Part shown: positions 9,568 to 20,113 of the stretch, piece by piece
How positions within the stretch are numbered: position 1 is the first letter of the stretch
Layout: each line of letters starts with the position of its first letter
Source of the DNA: an uncultured Solirubrobacterales bacterium
GTDB lineage: Bacteria > Actinomycetota > Thermoleophilia > Solirubrobacterales > Solirubrobacteraceae
Length of the DNA: 64,000 nucleotides
Direction of reading: 5' to 3'
Assembly (NCBI GenBank): GCA_963699325.1
Contig: CAVOTN010000003.1
Coordinates: forward strand, 154,600-218,599
Translations under genes and position numbers: made by a program
Notes under the pieces: generated by a model
Seen by the model: only the letters and a program-made list of their open reading frames with translations
What the model was told of the DNA's origin: nothing
Databases searched by the model: none

Positions 9568-10503
9568 TTGCGCGCCGTCGTCATCACCAAGCCCGGAGAC
9601 GTGGACGTCCTCGAGGTCGCCGACCGCCCGGCGCGCGAGCCAGGCGCCGGCGAGGTCCGGATCGCGGTCAAGGCCGCGGCTGTCAACCCGACCGACGTCG
9701 GGCTACGCCAGCGCGGCGGCCCCCCCGACCTGCCGGCGCCGTGGGTACCGGGGATGGACGCTGCCGGCGTCATCGAGTCGGTAGGACCCGACGTCGACCG
9801 GCTGGCGGTCGGCGACGAGGTCATGGCCGCGGTCAGCCCCCGCCGGCCCGAGGGCGGCGCGCAGCAGGAGCTGCTGGTCGTGCCGGCGGCGTCGGTGGTT
9901 CCGATTCCCGACGGCGCGACCCTGGTCCAGGCGGCGACGTTGCCGATGAACGGCCTGACCGCGCGGCTCGGGCTCGAGCTCCTCGGGCTGAAGGCCGGCG
10001 ACACGCTCGCGGTCACCGGCGGCGCCGGGCAGCTCGCCTCGTACGTGATTCCCCTCGCCAAGGAACAGGGCCTCCGGGTGATCGCCGACGCCAAGCCCGA
10101 GGACGAGGAACTCGTCAAGAGCTTCGGCGCCGATGTGATCGTGCCACGTGGGCAGGGCTTCACGGACGCCGTGCTCGAGCACGCGCCCGACGGAGTCGAC
10201 GGGCTCTACGACACGGCGCTGCTCCGCCGCGCGGCGTTCCCGGCGATCAAGGACGGCGGCCAGATCGTCGTCGTCCGCGGCTGGGACGGCGACGAGGTCG
10301 AGGATCGCGGGATCCGCGTGCACCCCGTGATGGTCGTGACGGCGGTCGAGCGGACCGACTGGCTCGAGGAGCTTCGCCGGCTCGCGTCCGACGGACGGCT
10401 CCAGCTGCGCGTGGCGCACGAGTTCCCGCCCGAGCAGGCCGGTGAGGCGCACCGCGTGATGGACGCCGGCGGGCTCCGCGGCCGGGCCGTGATCGTGTTC
10501 TAG
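9568..10503 (+). CDS. NADP-dependent oxidoreductase (MDR/zinc-binding family)
   Basis: TTG start after aggagg; AAVNPTD, PGMDAAG, LPMNGLTA, TGGAGQLA, GGLRGRAVIVF. Confidence 0.92.
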   Translation: MRAVVITKPGDVDVLEVADRPAREPGAGEVRIAVKAAAVNPTDVGLRQRGGPPDLPAPWVPGMDAAGVIESVGPDVDRLAVGDEVMAAVSPRRPEGGAQQELLVVPAASVVPIPDGATLVQAATLPMNGLTARLGLELLGLKAGDTLAVTGGAGQLASYVIPLAKEQGLRVIADAKPEDEELVKSFGADVIVPRGQGFTDAVLEHAPDGVDGLYDTALLRRAAFPAIKDGGQIVVVRGWDGDEVEDRGIRVHPVMVVTAVERTDWLEELRRLASDGRLQLRVAHEFPPEQAGEAHRVMDAGGLRGRAVIVF

Positions 10504-11924
10504 TCAGCCGAGAGCTGCGAGTACGGCCCGGGCTGCGTTGTGGCCCGGGATGCCGCTGACGCCACCGCCACGCCGGGCGCCGGCGCCACACAGCCACACG
10601 TTGGCGTGCGCGGTCTCGACTCCCCAGGTCCCGACCTCCTCGTCTGACTCGGCGAACGGCCAGGCGAGGTCGCGGTGGAAGATGTGGCCGCCGGGCATGC
10701 CGAGCTCGGCCTCGATCTCGGGCGGGGTCAGCGCCTCGAGTCCCAGCAGGCAGGACTCGATCGGCTCGGCCAACACCGAGTTGAGCGAGCGGAGCGTGGC
10801 CTCGACGGCGCGCTGCTTGGCGGTGGCGTCGTCCGTGAACAGCCGCGCCGGCATGTGCAGTCCGAACAGCGTCAGGGTCTGGACTCCGGAGGCGCGCAGC
10901 TCGTCCGAGAGGATGCTCGGGTCGGTCAGCGAGTGGCAGTAGACCTCGCACGGCGGCACGCTTGGGATGGACCCGGCGCTCGCCTCCCGGTACGCGCGGG
11001 CGAGCTGCTCGTAGCCCTCGTTGACGTGGAACGTCCCCGTGAATGCCTCGTCTGCGCTCACCCCCGGTACGCGCGGAAGGCGGCAAGCAGCATGTTGATC
11101 TTGAGCTGCGCGCCCTCCGGAGGGCGGCCCGGCGGGGGTTCGCCGAGCAGTCCGCTCAGCACGGCGGGGGCGACGCCGGCGAGCACGTGCCGGGCGGCGT
11201 AGGCGCTTCCGTCGGCGCAGGTCACCTCAGCGGTCTGATCGTCGGTCTCGATCGCGGTCACCTCCGCCCCGGTCACGAGCTGTGCGCCGGCCGCGCGGGC
11301 GGCCCCCGCGAGCGCGGCCGACAGCGCGCCCATGCCGCCGACCGGGACGTTCCAGCTGCCGCCGACGACGTGGTACAGGAAGCAGCGATTCTGGCGGAGC
11401 AGCGGGTCGTCGGCCGGCGCGAACGTCCCGATCAACGCGTCGGTGAGGACCGTCCCCCGCGCCAGATCGGAGTCGAACGTTCGCTCGAGCAACTCCGACA
11501 GCGGTTCCTCGAACAGCGCGTTCCAGGCGGCGTCGTCGCCGAGGAGCCGGCGCATGTCCTCGCGCGATCGCAGCGGCTCGGTGAACGTGGGGAAGATCCG
11601 CTGCGCGACGTTGGCGAGCATCGCCCCGAAGGCCGCGTGCTGCTCGAGCGGCGGATACGCGGCGACCCGGCGCGCGCGGATCTCGGTCGAGATGCCCAGC
11701 GTGCGCAGCAGCGCCGGTCCGAACAGGCTGACGAGGTAGGAGTAGCGCGACAGCCGCACGTCGAAGCCCGGGAACGGCGTCGCCGAGACCGCGGCCCCGC
11801 CGAGCTCGCCGCGGCGCTCGAGCACGGCCACCGAGCGACCTGCGCGCGCGAGGAGGGCGGCGGCGACGAGCGCGTTGTGTCCGCCGCCGGCGATCACGAC
11901 GTCGAAGCTCCGGCGCTCGGGCAT
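10504..11924 (-). CDS. Phytoene desaturase-like FAD-dependent oxidoreductase; one base missing near 11080
   Basis: GGGHNALVAA Rossmann, LERR..LGGAA, SRYSYLVS, GGMG; C-terminal GGHIFH and GGGVSGIPGHNAA in ORF 10504-11061. Confidence 0.88.
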
Positions 11925-11989
11925 CCGACCAACGTACTAGGACCAATTGCGTCTGGTTATCGCGCTCCGCCGGGCCTAGTCTCAGGTCC

Positions 11990-12319
11990 ATGAGTAATTC
12001 CACTGGACAACAGATTGCGAGCACCGTGGAGTCGTGGCCCGGCGTCGAGGCCGCGCCCCACCGGTTTGGCGGGACCGAGTTCCGACTCGGCCGCCGCGAG
12101 CTCGGTCATCTACACGGCGACCGGATCGCCGACCTGCCGTTCCCGCGCCGTGTGCGCGACGAGCTGATCGCCGACGGGCGCGCGCGGCCACACCACGTGC
12201 TTCCCGACTCGGGCTGGATCACAGTCTCGATCCGCTCGCCCGAGGAGGCGGAACGTGCGGTCGAGCTGTTCCGGATGGCCTACGAACGAGCACAGGGCGC
12301 GCGCAGGAGCCATGCCTGA
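11990..12319 (+). CDS. Small luciferase-family/DUF5519-like protein
   Basis: HRFGGTEFRLGRRELGHLHG..ADLPF, HH.LPDSGW; TAGTCT box 7 nt upstream of ATG. Confidence 0.75.
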   Translation: MSNSTGQQIASTVESWPGVEAAPHRFGGTEFRLGRRELGHLHGDRIADLPFPRRVRDELIADGRARPHHVLPDSGWITVSIRSPEEAERAVELFRMAYERAQGARRSHA

Positions 12320-13325
12320 GCGCTCGCGCATATTCGTGGTCACCGGCGAGGAGGTCGTCCGTCTGACGCTGACCGGCTCGCGCGCCGGCGATGTCGAGAC
12401 CATTCTCGCCGTGCCGGCCCCGGGCTGCGTCGCCGTCGATCCACGGGACCCGGACCGGGTCTACGTGGGCACGTTCGACGACGGCCTGTACGCAAGCGAC
12501 GACGGCGGCGACACGTGGCGCGAGGCGTGGCATGGGATCGAGGACCGGCGTGTGATGGCAGTGAGCGTGTCGCCTTCCCATCAGGAGGCGGGCGTCTCGG
12601 TCGCATACGCCGGCACCGAGCCCAGCAACCTTTATCGCTCCGAGGACGGGGGAGGGACCTGGCAGCTGCTGCCGGCGCTGCGACGGCTGCCGAGCGAGCC
12701 GCGCTGGTCTTTCCCCCCGCGCCCGTGGACCCACCACGTGAGCACGATCGCGCTCCATCCGACCGACCCGAAGTCGTTGGCGGTCGGGATCGAGCTCGGT
12801 GGGGTGATGCGGTCGGCCGACGGCGGACAGACCTGGATCGACCACAACCCGCAGGCGTACAGCGACGCCCACCAGCTCCTCACGCACCCACTCGCGCCCG
12901 AGCGCGTGTACGAGGTCGCGGGGCAGGGGGTCGCGATCTCGCCCGACCGCGGCCACAGCTGGCGTCGCGTGGACGACGGGCTCGACCGGCACTACGCGTG
13001 GGCGGTTGCCGCCGACTGCGCCGATCCAGACCTGTGGTACGCGTCGGTGAGCCGCTCGCCGTACGCCGCCCACGGCCGCGGTGACGGCCAGGCGGTGCTC
13101 GTGCGCTCGCGGGGCGACGGCTGGTCAGCGATCGATCGCTGGGGCGACGACGCGGCGCTGCGCCGGATGCCCTACGCGCTGGCGGCGCTCCCCGGACAAC
13201 CCGGCGGGCTGCTCGTCGGCCTGCGCGGCGGGTCGCTGCTGATCACCGACGACGCCGGCGACACGTGGTCGCGGACGGAGCCGGCGGTCGGCGACGTGAT
13301 CGCGCTTGCGGCTGCGCCGGCGTGA
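12312..13325 (+). CDS. BNR/Asp-box repeat beta-propeller protein
   Basis: Repeated SxDGGxTW boxes (SDDGGDTW, SEDGGGTW, SADGGQTW, SPDRGHSW, TDDAGDTW). Confidence 0.88.
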   Translation: MPERSRIFVVTGEEVVRLTLTGSRAGDVETILAVPAPGCVAVDPRDPDRVYVGTFDDGLYASDDGGDTWREAWHGIEDRRVMAVSVSPSHQEAGVSVAYAGTEPSNLYRSEDGGGTWQLLPALRRLPSEPRWSFPPRPWTHHVSTIALHPTDPKSLAVGIELGGVMRSADGGQTWIDHNPQAYSDAHQLLTHPLAPERVYEVAGQGVAISPDRGHSWRRVDDGLDRHYAWAVAADCADPDLWYASVSRSPYAAHGRGDGQAVLVRSRGDGWSAIDRWGDDAALRRMPYALAALPGQPGGLLVGLRGGSLLITDDAGDTWSRTEPAVGDVIALAAAPA

Positions 13326-13440
13326 GCGGAGTGGCGCCGGCCCCGGCGTAAGCGGGGGTTGCGCCACCCGGGCAACGGTGAGAGAGTCGGTCCTGCCAGG
13401 TCCGGCCGGGCGACCGGACCGCTAACAGGAAGGAGTCGGC

Positions 13441-13803
13441 ATGGCCGACCGGATGCTGTTCATCAGCTGGGGCACGCCTGTCCGTGGCTTGGAGGCGCGC
13501 GGGCTCGAGGTGTTCAACGAGGCGATCGGGCTGATGGGACGGATGCAGCAGGAGGGCCGGATCGAGTCGTTCGACGTCGCGCTGATGTCGCCGAACGGGG
13601 ACATGAACGGCTACGTCGCGATCCGCGGCAGCGTGGCGCAGATCGACGCCGTGCGCCAGGACGAGGAGTTCCTGCGGAGCACCGCCGATGCGTCGCTGAT
13701 CGTCGAAAACCTTCGGCACATCGAGGGGGTCGTCAACGAGGGCATCGCCCGGCAACTGGCCATCTACCAGGACGCGATAGCGAACGTTCCGCAGCGTTCC
13801 TGA
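13441..13803 (+). CDS. Hypothetical protein (120 aa)
   Basis: SD aaggag before ATG; clean high-GC3 codon usage. Confidence 0.75.
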   Translation: MADRMLFISWGTPVRGLEARGLEVFNEAIGLMGRMQQEGRIESFDVALMSPNGDMNGYVAIRGSVAQIDAVRQDEEFLRSTADASLIVENLRHIEGVVNEGIARQLAIYQDAIANVPQRS

Positions 13804-13863
13804 GGTTTCGCCGTTCGGGCCGTGGCTGCCGCGACATCCGGCCGGCGCCACGGTCCATCCGGC

Positions 13864-13891
13864 GGTGTGAGGTTTGGGCAAAAACGGGTAT
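13864..13891 (+). promoter_or_regulatory. SigB/SigF-like promoter
   Basis: GGTGT-N17-GGGTAT, 12 nt upstream of ATG 13904. Confidence 0.45.
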
Positions 13892-13903
13892 CTGCTCGTC
13901 ACC

Positions 13904-14134
13904 ATGATGGACCGCGACGAGCTCCGCTACCACATCGAATCAGCCGCGCCGCTCGGTCGCACCGACCCGCGCCGGCTCGCCTCGCTGATCGTCGGCGCCT
14001 GCTGGCCGGGCGGATCGGAGGACCGGACCGAGCCCGTCGCGCTCGACTGGCTTCGCCACTGGCATCCCGAGCGGATCGCCGCTGAGCTGCCCGCGTGCTC
14101 GTGCGCGACCGGGCATTGCGTACTCTGTAACTGA
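13904..14134 (+). CDS. Small protein with C-terminal CxCxxGxCxxCN motif
   Basis: 76 aa ending ...LPACSCATGHCVLCN; abuts next gene. Confidence 0.7.
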   Translation: MMDRDELRYHIESAAPLGRTDPRRLASLIVGACWPGGSEDRTEPVALDWLRHWHPERIAAELPACSCATGHCVLCN

Positions 14135-14887
14135 GTGGCCATCGACCTTCGCCACCGCGTCGCGATCGTGACCGGCGGCGGCCGCGGCATCGGGCGATCG
14201 ATCGCGCTGGCGTACGCGGGTGCCGGCGCGGACGTAGTGATCAGCGTCGCCCGCAACGTCGGCGAGGCCGAGGAGGTCGTCGCGCTCGGCGCGTCGCTTC
14301 CCGGCAGCATCCAGGCCGTACAGGCCGACGTGACCCTGGCAGGCGATGTCGACCGGCTCGTGCGGCGAGCGCTCGACGTGCGCGGTCGGATCGACGTGCT
14401 CGTCAACAACGCCGCGCGGGGGATGCGGTTCGTCAACGAGCGATTCATGACCGAACCGCGGCCGTTCTGGGAGGCGGACCCGGAGGCGTGGCGCCTGGTG
14501 ATCGAGACGAACATCGTCGGGGTGTTCCTGATGACCCGCGCGGTCGTGCCGCAGATGCTCGCGGCCGGCGGCGGAAGCATCGTGAACGTCACGATCAACC
14601 ACTCGACGATGGTCCGGCGGGGCTTCTCGCCCTACGGACCATCGAAGGCCGCGCTCGAGGCGATGACGCAGGTATGGGCGGCCGAGCTCGAGGGCACCGG
14701 CGTCCATATCAACCTGCTGTTGCCGGGCGGGGCCACGCTCACCGGGATGATCCCGGACCCGATGCCCGAGGGCGTCGAGCTGCTCGATCCGGAGATCATC
14801 GTCCCGGCGGCGCTCCACCTCGCGGTGGCGCAGAGCAGCGGCGAGCGGATCGTCGCCAGCGAGTGGCAGGGTCCCGCCGGCGGCTGA
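14135..14887 (+). CDS. SDR family oxidoreductase
   Basis: TGGGRGIG, NNAA, YGPSK. Confidence 0.93.
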   Translation: MAIDLRHRVAIVTGGGRGIGRSIALAYAGAGADVVISVARNVGEAEEVVALGASLPGSIQAVQADVTLAGDVDRLVRRALDVRGRIDVLVNNAARGMRFVNERFMTEPRPFWEADPEAWRLVIETNIVGVFLMTRAVVPQMLAAGGGSIVNVTINHSTMVRRGFSPYGPSKAALEAMTQVWAAELEGTGVHINLLLPGGATLTGMIPDPMPEGVELLDPEIIVPAALHLAVAQSSGERIVASEWQGPAGG

Positions 14888-14973
14888 CGGACCCGGCCGG
14901 CGTTCGTTTGCCTACTCGGTGGTAGCTTTCCTGAGTCGTTTCGTTCTGCGGGCAGTGGGTGCCGGAGGCAGCC

Positions 14974-15339
14974 GTGAACAACGATTTCAGCGTAGAGGTG
15001 CACAACCAAGGCGGCGCGTCGGTGCTGGCGGTCATCGGCGAGCTCGACCTCCGCACGAGCCCGGAGCTCGAGAAGCGGCTCGCCGACGTGTTCGATGGCG
15101 GCGCCGAGCTGGTGATCCTCGACCTCAGGCAGATCGAGTTCATGGACTCGACCGGCCTGCGCGTGCTGCTGGGGGCGCATCAGCGGGCGAGCGAGAACGG
15201 CCGGCGGTTCGCCCTGGTGCGAGGCGCCGACCAGGTCGAGCGGGTGCTGACGCTGACGGGCGTGCGCGATCTGCTGACGGTGGTCGACGCTCCCGAGGAG
15301 CTCCTGACCGCCGGCGAGCAGCCCTCGGACGGGGCGTAA
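14974..15339 (+). CDS. STAS domain anti-sigma factor antagonist
   Basis: GELDLRT, LDLRQIEFMDSTGLRVL with phosphorylatable Ser; GTG after ggagg. Confidence 0.93.
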   Translation: MNNDFSVEVHNQGGASVLAVIGELDLRTSPELEKRLADVFDGGAELVILDLRQIEFMDSTGLRVLLGAHQRASENGRRFALVRGADQVERVLTLTGVRDLLTVVDAPEELLTAGEQPSDGA

Positions 15340-15368
15340 AGAACGCATAGAGATTTCCTCATAAGTCG

Positions 15369-15394
15369 GTGTTAGGAGCCGGCAGCCGGGGAAA
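15369..15394 (+). promoter_or_regulatory. SigB-like promoter
   Basis: GTGTT-N15-GGGAAA upstream of MEDS/anti-sigma gene. Confidence 0.35.
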
Positions 15395-15486
15395 TACTCA
15401 CGTTGGGGCCAGGATCAGGCCACATCCTCCGACAGGGAGTTGGTGCAAGCCCAAACGTGACCGTCTGCGACCACACGTTGGCGCCG

Positions 15487-16443
15487 ATGGAGGCCCATCG
15501 AGCGCTCTTCTATCGCGACGCAGACGAGTACTTCGCCGGCATCCGGGAGTTCATCGACCCTGCGCTCGAGCGAGACGAGCCGGTGGCGATCGCCGTTCCC
15601 GGGCCGAAGCTGAGGCTGCTGGCGGCGGAGCTCGGGGACCGCGCGAGCCGGATCGAGCTGCTCGACATGACCGAGCTGGGCCGGAACCCGGGGCGGATCA
15701 TCCCCGCGGTGCTCGGAATGATCGAGCGGCACGGTGAGCGCCCGCTGCGCTTTGTCGGCGAGCCGATCTGGGCGGGGCGCACACCGGGCGAGGTTCGCGA
15801 GGCCACGCGCCACGAAGCGCTGATCAACATCGCCTGGCCGACCGCCGACATCCACGTGCTGTGCCCGTACGACGTCGCGAACCTCGACGATCGGGTGCTG
15901 AGCGATGCCGAGCACACCCATCCCGGCGTCGTCCGCGACCGGCAGCTCGAGCCGAGCTCGGCCTACGGCGGTGGCACGGTCCCGTCCGGATGTGAGCAGC
16001 CGCTGTCCGGCCCGCCGACGGAGGCGCTGACACGTGCCTTCGAAGCCGGCGACCTCGGAGGGCTGCGGGGGTGGGTCGCCGAGCGGGCCACGACGTCGGG
16101 GCTGGACGAGGAGGGCACGGAGGGGCTCGTGACCGCGATCAATGAGTTGACCACGAACTCGGTCAAGCACGCCGACACGCACGGGCTACTCCGCTTCTGG
16201 GCGACCCCCGAAGACGTGATCTTCCAGGTCGAGGATGCCGGCCACATCGCCGATCCGCTGGCGGGCCGGCGGCGCCAGGCCACGAGCACCGGCGGCCTCG
16301 GCCTGTGGATGGTCAACGAGCTGTGCGATCTCGTCGAGGTCCGCACGAGTGCCGCCGCCGGGACCACCATCCGCGTCCGTTCGAGGCGCGCTCCGACGCA
16401 GCGCCGGCGCCGTCGCGCCGGCGACGTCACCTTCGCTGCTTGA
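15487..16443 (+). CDS. MEDS domain + HATPase_c anti-sigma factor (RsbA-like)
   Basis: HRALFYR, GRNPGRIIP, FVGEPIW, HEALIN, LCPYD (MEDS); NELTTNSVKH, VEDAG, GGLGLWMVNELCD (kinase). Confidence 0.92.
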   Translation: MEAHRALFYRDADEYFAGIREFIDPALERDEPVAIAVPGPKLRLLAAELGDRASRIELLDMTELGRNPGRIIPAVLGMIERHGERPLRFVGEPIWAGRTPGEVREATRHEALINIAWPTADIHVLCPYDVANLDDRVLSDAEHTHPGVVRDRQLEPSSAYGGGTVPSGCEQPLSGPPTEALTRAFEAGDLGGLRGWVAERATTSGLDEEGTEGLVTAINELTTNSVKHADTHGLLRFWATPEDVIFQVEDAGHIADPLAGRRRQATSTGGLGLWMVNELCDLVEVRTSAAAGTTIRVRSRRAPTQRRRRRAGDVTFAA

Positions 16444-16467
16444 GCTGAGGGGACACCCGCGGCGCCG

Positions 16468-16494
16468 GGTTTTCGGTGCGCAGGTCGTGGGTAA
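16468..16494 (+). promoter_or_regulatory. SigB/SigF-like promoter
   Basis: GGTTT-N16-GGGTAA upstream of SD aaaggagaggg and ATG 16519. Confidence 0.6.
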
Positions 16495-16518
16495 GCCCAA
16501 CTGTGAAAGGAGAGGGAC

Positions 16519-17920
16519 ATGTCACACACAGCTCCGCGTAGCAGTGCGACCGATCAGCCGACGGTTAAAGGAGGTCGCGGCAGCGCCAGTGTCACCGCGC
16601 GCCTCGACCGGATCCCGGTGTGGCCGTACGAGCGCAAGCTGCTGTGGATCGTCGGCGCTGGTTACTTCTTCGCGTTCTTCGACATCGTCACGATCTCCTT
16701 TGCGGCGCCGGTCATCGCGACGCAGTTCCACGTGTCGAAGGCGACGGTCACACTGTCGGTGACCAGCAGCCTGATCGGTTACATCATCGGCGCGTTCGCC
16801 GACAGCACGATCGCCGACAAGTGGGGCCGGAAGCTCAGCCTCGGCATCTCCGTCGCCGTGTTCTCGATCGGCACCGTGCTCGCCGCGGCGAGCACGAACG
16901 TCACCGAGTTGATCGTGTTCCGCTTCATCTCGGGGCTCGGGATCGGAGCGGAGATCGCCGCGGTCACCACTTACATCAGCGAGCTGTCACCGGCTCGCCT
17001 GCGCGGGCGCTACACGAGCTGGGCGACGACCGCCGCCTACGCGGGATTCGCGGTCGTGCCGTTCATCGCGCGCGGGCTCGTGCCCACGTTCGCGTCCGGG
17101 TGGCGGATCCTGTTCCTGATCGGCGCGCTCGGCGGCGCGACGATCCTGTTCATGCGGCGCGGTCTGCCGCCGTCTCCCCGCTGGCTCGTCTCCCAGGGAC
17201 GGACCGACGAGGCGCGCGAGATCGTCGCCGAGGCCGAGGAGACCGCGCTCGAGGTGATGGACGGCGACCGCCTTCCCGAACCCGAGCCCGTGCCCGACGA
17301 GGCGCCGGCCGAGCGTGTCCCGGTCAAGGCGCTGCTCCGCCGCCCGATGGCGGGCCGCGTGCTGCTGTTCGTCGGGATCTGGTTCGTCTACTACATCGGC
17401 AACTACGGCTGGCTGACGCTCGCGCCGACGCTGTTCACCGACAAGGGCTACAGCCTCGCCGACAGCACCACGTACCTCGTGGTGTCCGGGATCGGCTTCC
17501 TGGTCGGCGCGTTCGCCACCACCCGCTTCAGCGACCGGTTTCGAGCGCAAGTACGCGGCCGCGCTGTTCGCGGTGGCGTGGGCGATCTCGCTGTTCGTGA
17601 TCGGCTACTTCGTGTCACCCGCGGTCATCATCGTGTTCGGGTTCATCGCCTCGATGACGATCGGGCTGCTCGTTCCGCTGCTGTACACGTACACGGCCGA
17701 GCACTTCGCCACCAGCGCTCGCGCCACCGGCGTCGCGCTCAGCGACGGACTCGGCCACATCGGTGGCGCGCTCGCGCCGCTGATCGTGCTCGGCGCGAAC
17801 GCCGCCTGGGGCTTCTCGGCCTCGTTCCTGGTGATGGGAATCACCGGGCTGCTCGCGGCCGGCCTGATTCTGTTCGGGATCCGCGCCACCGGGCGCTCGC
17901 TGGAGGAGGCCACGGCGTAG
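16519..17920 (+). CDS. MFS transporter (sugar/aromatic acid porter-like); +1 frameshift at 17539-17541
   Basis: ADKWGRK, GLGIGAE, ISELSPARLRG; removing one T restores SDRFERK and YTAEHFATSARATG. Confidence 0.9.
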
Positions 17921-17933
17921 GATCCGGGCTCGA

Positions 17934-18383
17934 GTGAAGGAGCTCACCGGAACCGCCAGCGCCAGCACACCCGCCTCGCCCGAAGCGTGCATCGCGCTGC
18001 TCGCGGCGGTCGATCGGTATCCGAGCTGGCACCCCGACGTGGTCAAGGACGTCGAGGTGCTCGAGCGCGACGACCAGGGTCAGCCGACCAAGGCGCGAAC
18101 CAAGCTGCACGTCCAGCACGGCCCGGTCACTCGAGATTTCGATCTGACGATGGCCGTCGCGGTCGATCCGGCGGGGACGGTCAAGCTGAGCCGGATTCCG
18201 CATGAGCGCTCCGACGGCGAGAAGTTCGACGTGACGTGGCGGGTGAGCGGAGCTGGTCCGAGTCAGATCCGGCTCGACCTCGCGGCCAACCTCGACGTGC
18301 CCCGCTTTCTGCCGCTCGGCGGCGTCGGCGATTCGATGGCCGGCGGCTTCGTCAGCGCGGCGACTCGAGCGCTGACGTCGTGA
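17934..18383 (+). CDS. SRPBCC family protein
   Basis: [24 protein letters not shown]; resembles the 6709-7158 protein. Confidence 0.8.
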   Translation: MKELTGTASASTPASPEACIALLAAVDRYPSWHPDVVKDVEVLERDDQGQPTKARTKLHVQHGPVTRDFDLTMAVAVDPAGTVKLSRIPHERSDGEKFDVTWRVSGAGPSQIRLDLAANLDVPRFLPLGGVGDSMAGGFVSAATRALTS

Positions 18384-19392
18384 CCGCGCGCGGCTCGAGG
18401 TCGAACGCCTCGGCCAGCAGCTCGTAGGAGCGCCGCCGCGCCTGATGGTCGTAGGTGATCGTGACCACGATCACCTCCTCGGCGCCGTACTCGACCGCGG
18501 CCTGCTCGACGCCGGCGCGGACCGTCTCGGGCGACCCCAGGATGCTGCGCCGGCCGGGGCGTCCGCCCGACGGGCTCTTCCCTTCGCGGCGGAAGAACTC
18601 GACCGCCTTGTCCGGCGGCGGGACCGGGATCAGCTCGTTGCGGTGAAGCAGCGTGAAGCACATCCGGCTGCTCGACGCCAGGTACTGGGCCTCCTCGTCG
18701 GTCGGGGCGCATAGCACCCAGACCGCGACCGCCGTCCTGGGCAGCGGGGAGTGCTCTGTGGGCACGAACCGCTCGCGGTACAGCCTCGCGATGTCGGAGC
18801 CCTCGGAGTTGATGAAGTCGGCGAACGCGTACGGCAGCGCCAGCTCGCCGGCCCAGATCGCGCTCTGCGGCGAGGAGCCGAGCAGCCACGGCACCGGGAG
18901 CTCGGGCCGCCCGGGCAGCACGCCGGCGAGCCGCGCGAACGGATGGCCCTCGGGGAGGCTGTCGTCGAAATACGCGAGCAGCTCGGCGAGCTGCTGAGGG
19001 AAGTCGTCGGGCGCGGCCTGGCGGCGGTCGCGCTGGAGCGCGAACGTCGTCAGGGGGTCGGTGCCGGCGGCCCGGCCGAGGCCGAGGTCGATCCGGCCCG
19101 GGAACAGCCCGGCCAGGATCGTGAACGTCTCGGCGACTTTCAGCGGGCTGTAGTGGGGGAGCATCACGCCCCCGCTCCCGATGCGGATGCCCTCGGTGGC
19201 GGCCGCGATCGGCCCGATCAGCGCCTCGGGACTCGCGCTGGCCAGCATCGGGCCGCCGTGATGCTCTGCCACCCAGTAGCGGTGGTAGCCGAGATCGTCG
19301 GCGAGCCGGGCCAGGTCGAGCGTGTTGCGCAGCGCGTCGGCGCCGGTCGAGCCTTCGGAGATCGGGGACTGGTCGAGTACGGACAGGCGCAT
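18352..19392 (-). CDS. LLM class flavin-dependent oxidoreductase
   Basis: [46 protein letters not shown]. Confidence 0.94.
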   Translation of the reverse strand: MRLSVLDQSPISEGSTGADALRNTLDLARLADDLGYHRYWVAEHHGGPMLASASPEALIGPIAAATEGIRIGSGGVMLPHYSPLKVAETFTILAGLFPGRIDLGLGRAAGTDPLTTFALQRDRRQAAPDDFPQQLAELLAYFDDSLPEGHPFARLAGVLPGRPELPVPWLLGSSPQSAIWAGELALPYAFADFINSEGSDIARLYRERFVPTEHSPLPRTAVAVWVLCAPTDEEAQYLASSSRMCFTLLHRNELIPVPPPDKAVEFFRREGKSPSGGRPGRRSILGSPETVRAGVEQAAVEYGAEEVIVVTITYDHQARRRSYELLAEAFDLEPRAVTTSALESPR

Positions 19393-19435
19393 GTAGTCGA
19401 TATTAGGAAGGGCGTTGGTCTCGGCGGTCCCGCGC

Positions 19436-19987
19436 CTAAAAGCTGCCAGGCGCGGCCATCCGATAGAAGAACTGGCCCATCCCGCCCTGGGCGATCCCGA
19501 ACAAGAGCTGGAGCGTGCTCTCCTGGACGGCTGCCTTGTCGAGCCCGCCGGCGTAGATCGGGTCATAGCCCGCGTCATGGTTGAGCTGCTCGACGACCGC
19601 GCGTGCCTCGTCGTCGCCGCACCAGATGTTGCCGGGGATGGCGCCGGCGCCGGCGATCTGGCCTTGGAGCGAGGCGAAGTTGAGGTTGAACGACTTCGCG
19701 GTGGGGCCGCCGGTCCTCGACTTGATGTACTCGGCGTTCGAGGCAAAGCCGCCCGGCGCGCCGGCGCCGATCAGGTTGGTCGCGTCGATCACGGTCTTGC
19801 CGTCGAGGCCGGTCACGGTGTCGAACATGCCGGGGACGGCTGGGCCCGGGATTGCGATCAGCACCGCGTCGGCGTCGCTGACGTCGCCGCCCGCCGATCC
19901 GATTCTCTGGACGTCATGCCCGGCCTTCTCCCACAAGTCGGCGAGCCCGCCGCCGACGTTGCCCTTGCCCACCACTGCGATCTTCAT
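19436..19987 (-). CDS. NAD(P)-binding protein (F420-dependent NADP oxidoreductase-like)
   Basis: [32 protein letters not shown]. Confidence 0.8.
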   Translation of the reverse strand: MKIAVVGKGNVGGGLADLWEKAGHDVQRIGSAGGDVSDADAVLIAIPGPAVPGMFDTVTGLDGKTVIDATNLIGAGAPGGFASNAEYIKSRTGGPTAKSFNLNFASLQGQIAGAGAIPGNIWCGDDEARAVVEQLNHDAGYDPIYAGGLDKAAVQESTLQLLFGIAQGGMGQFFYRMAAPGSF

Positions 19988-20113
19988 GTGCGCTCCTTTG
20001 GTCCACGCGGCCCGAGGGCGGCCGAGGCAGACCATGATGCCAACCGGTGCTGCCCGGCTTGTGAACCGGGATGCCGCGGCGGGCAGGGACCGAATGCCGA
20101 TCGCTCCTGCGGG

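Noticed and set aside
10504-11924. Carotenoid biosynthesis gene (crtI)
   Set aside because: No crtB/crtE nearby; motifs fit the broader FAD oxidoreductase family
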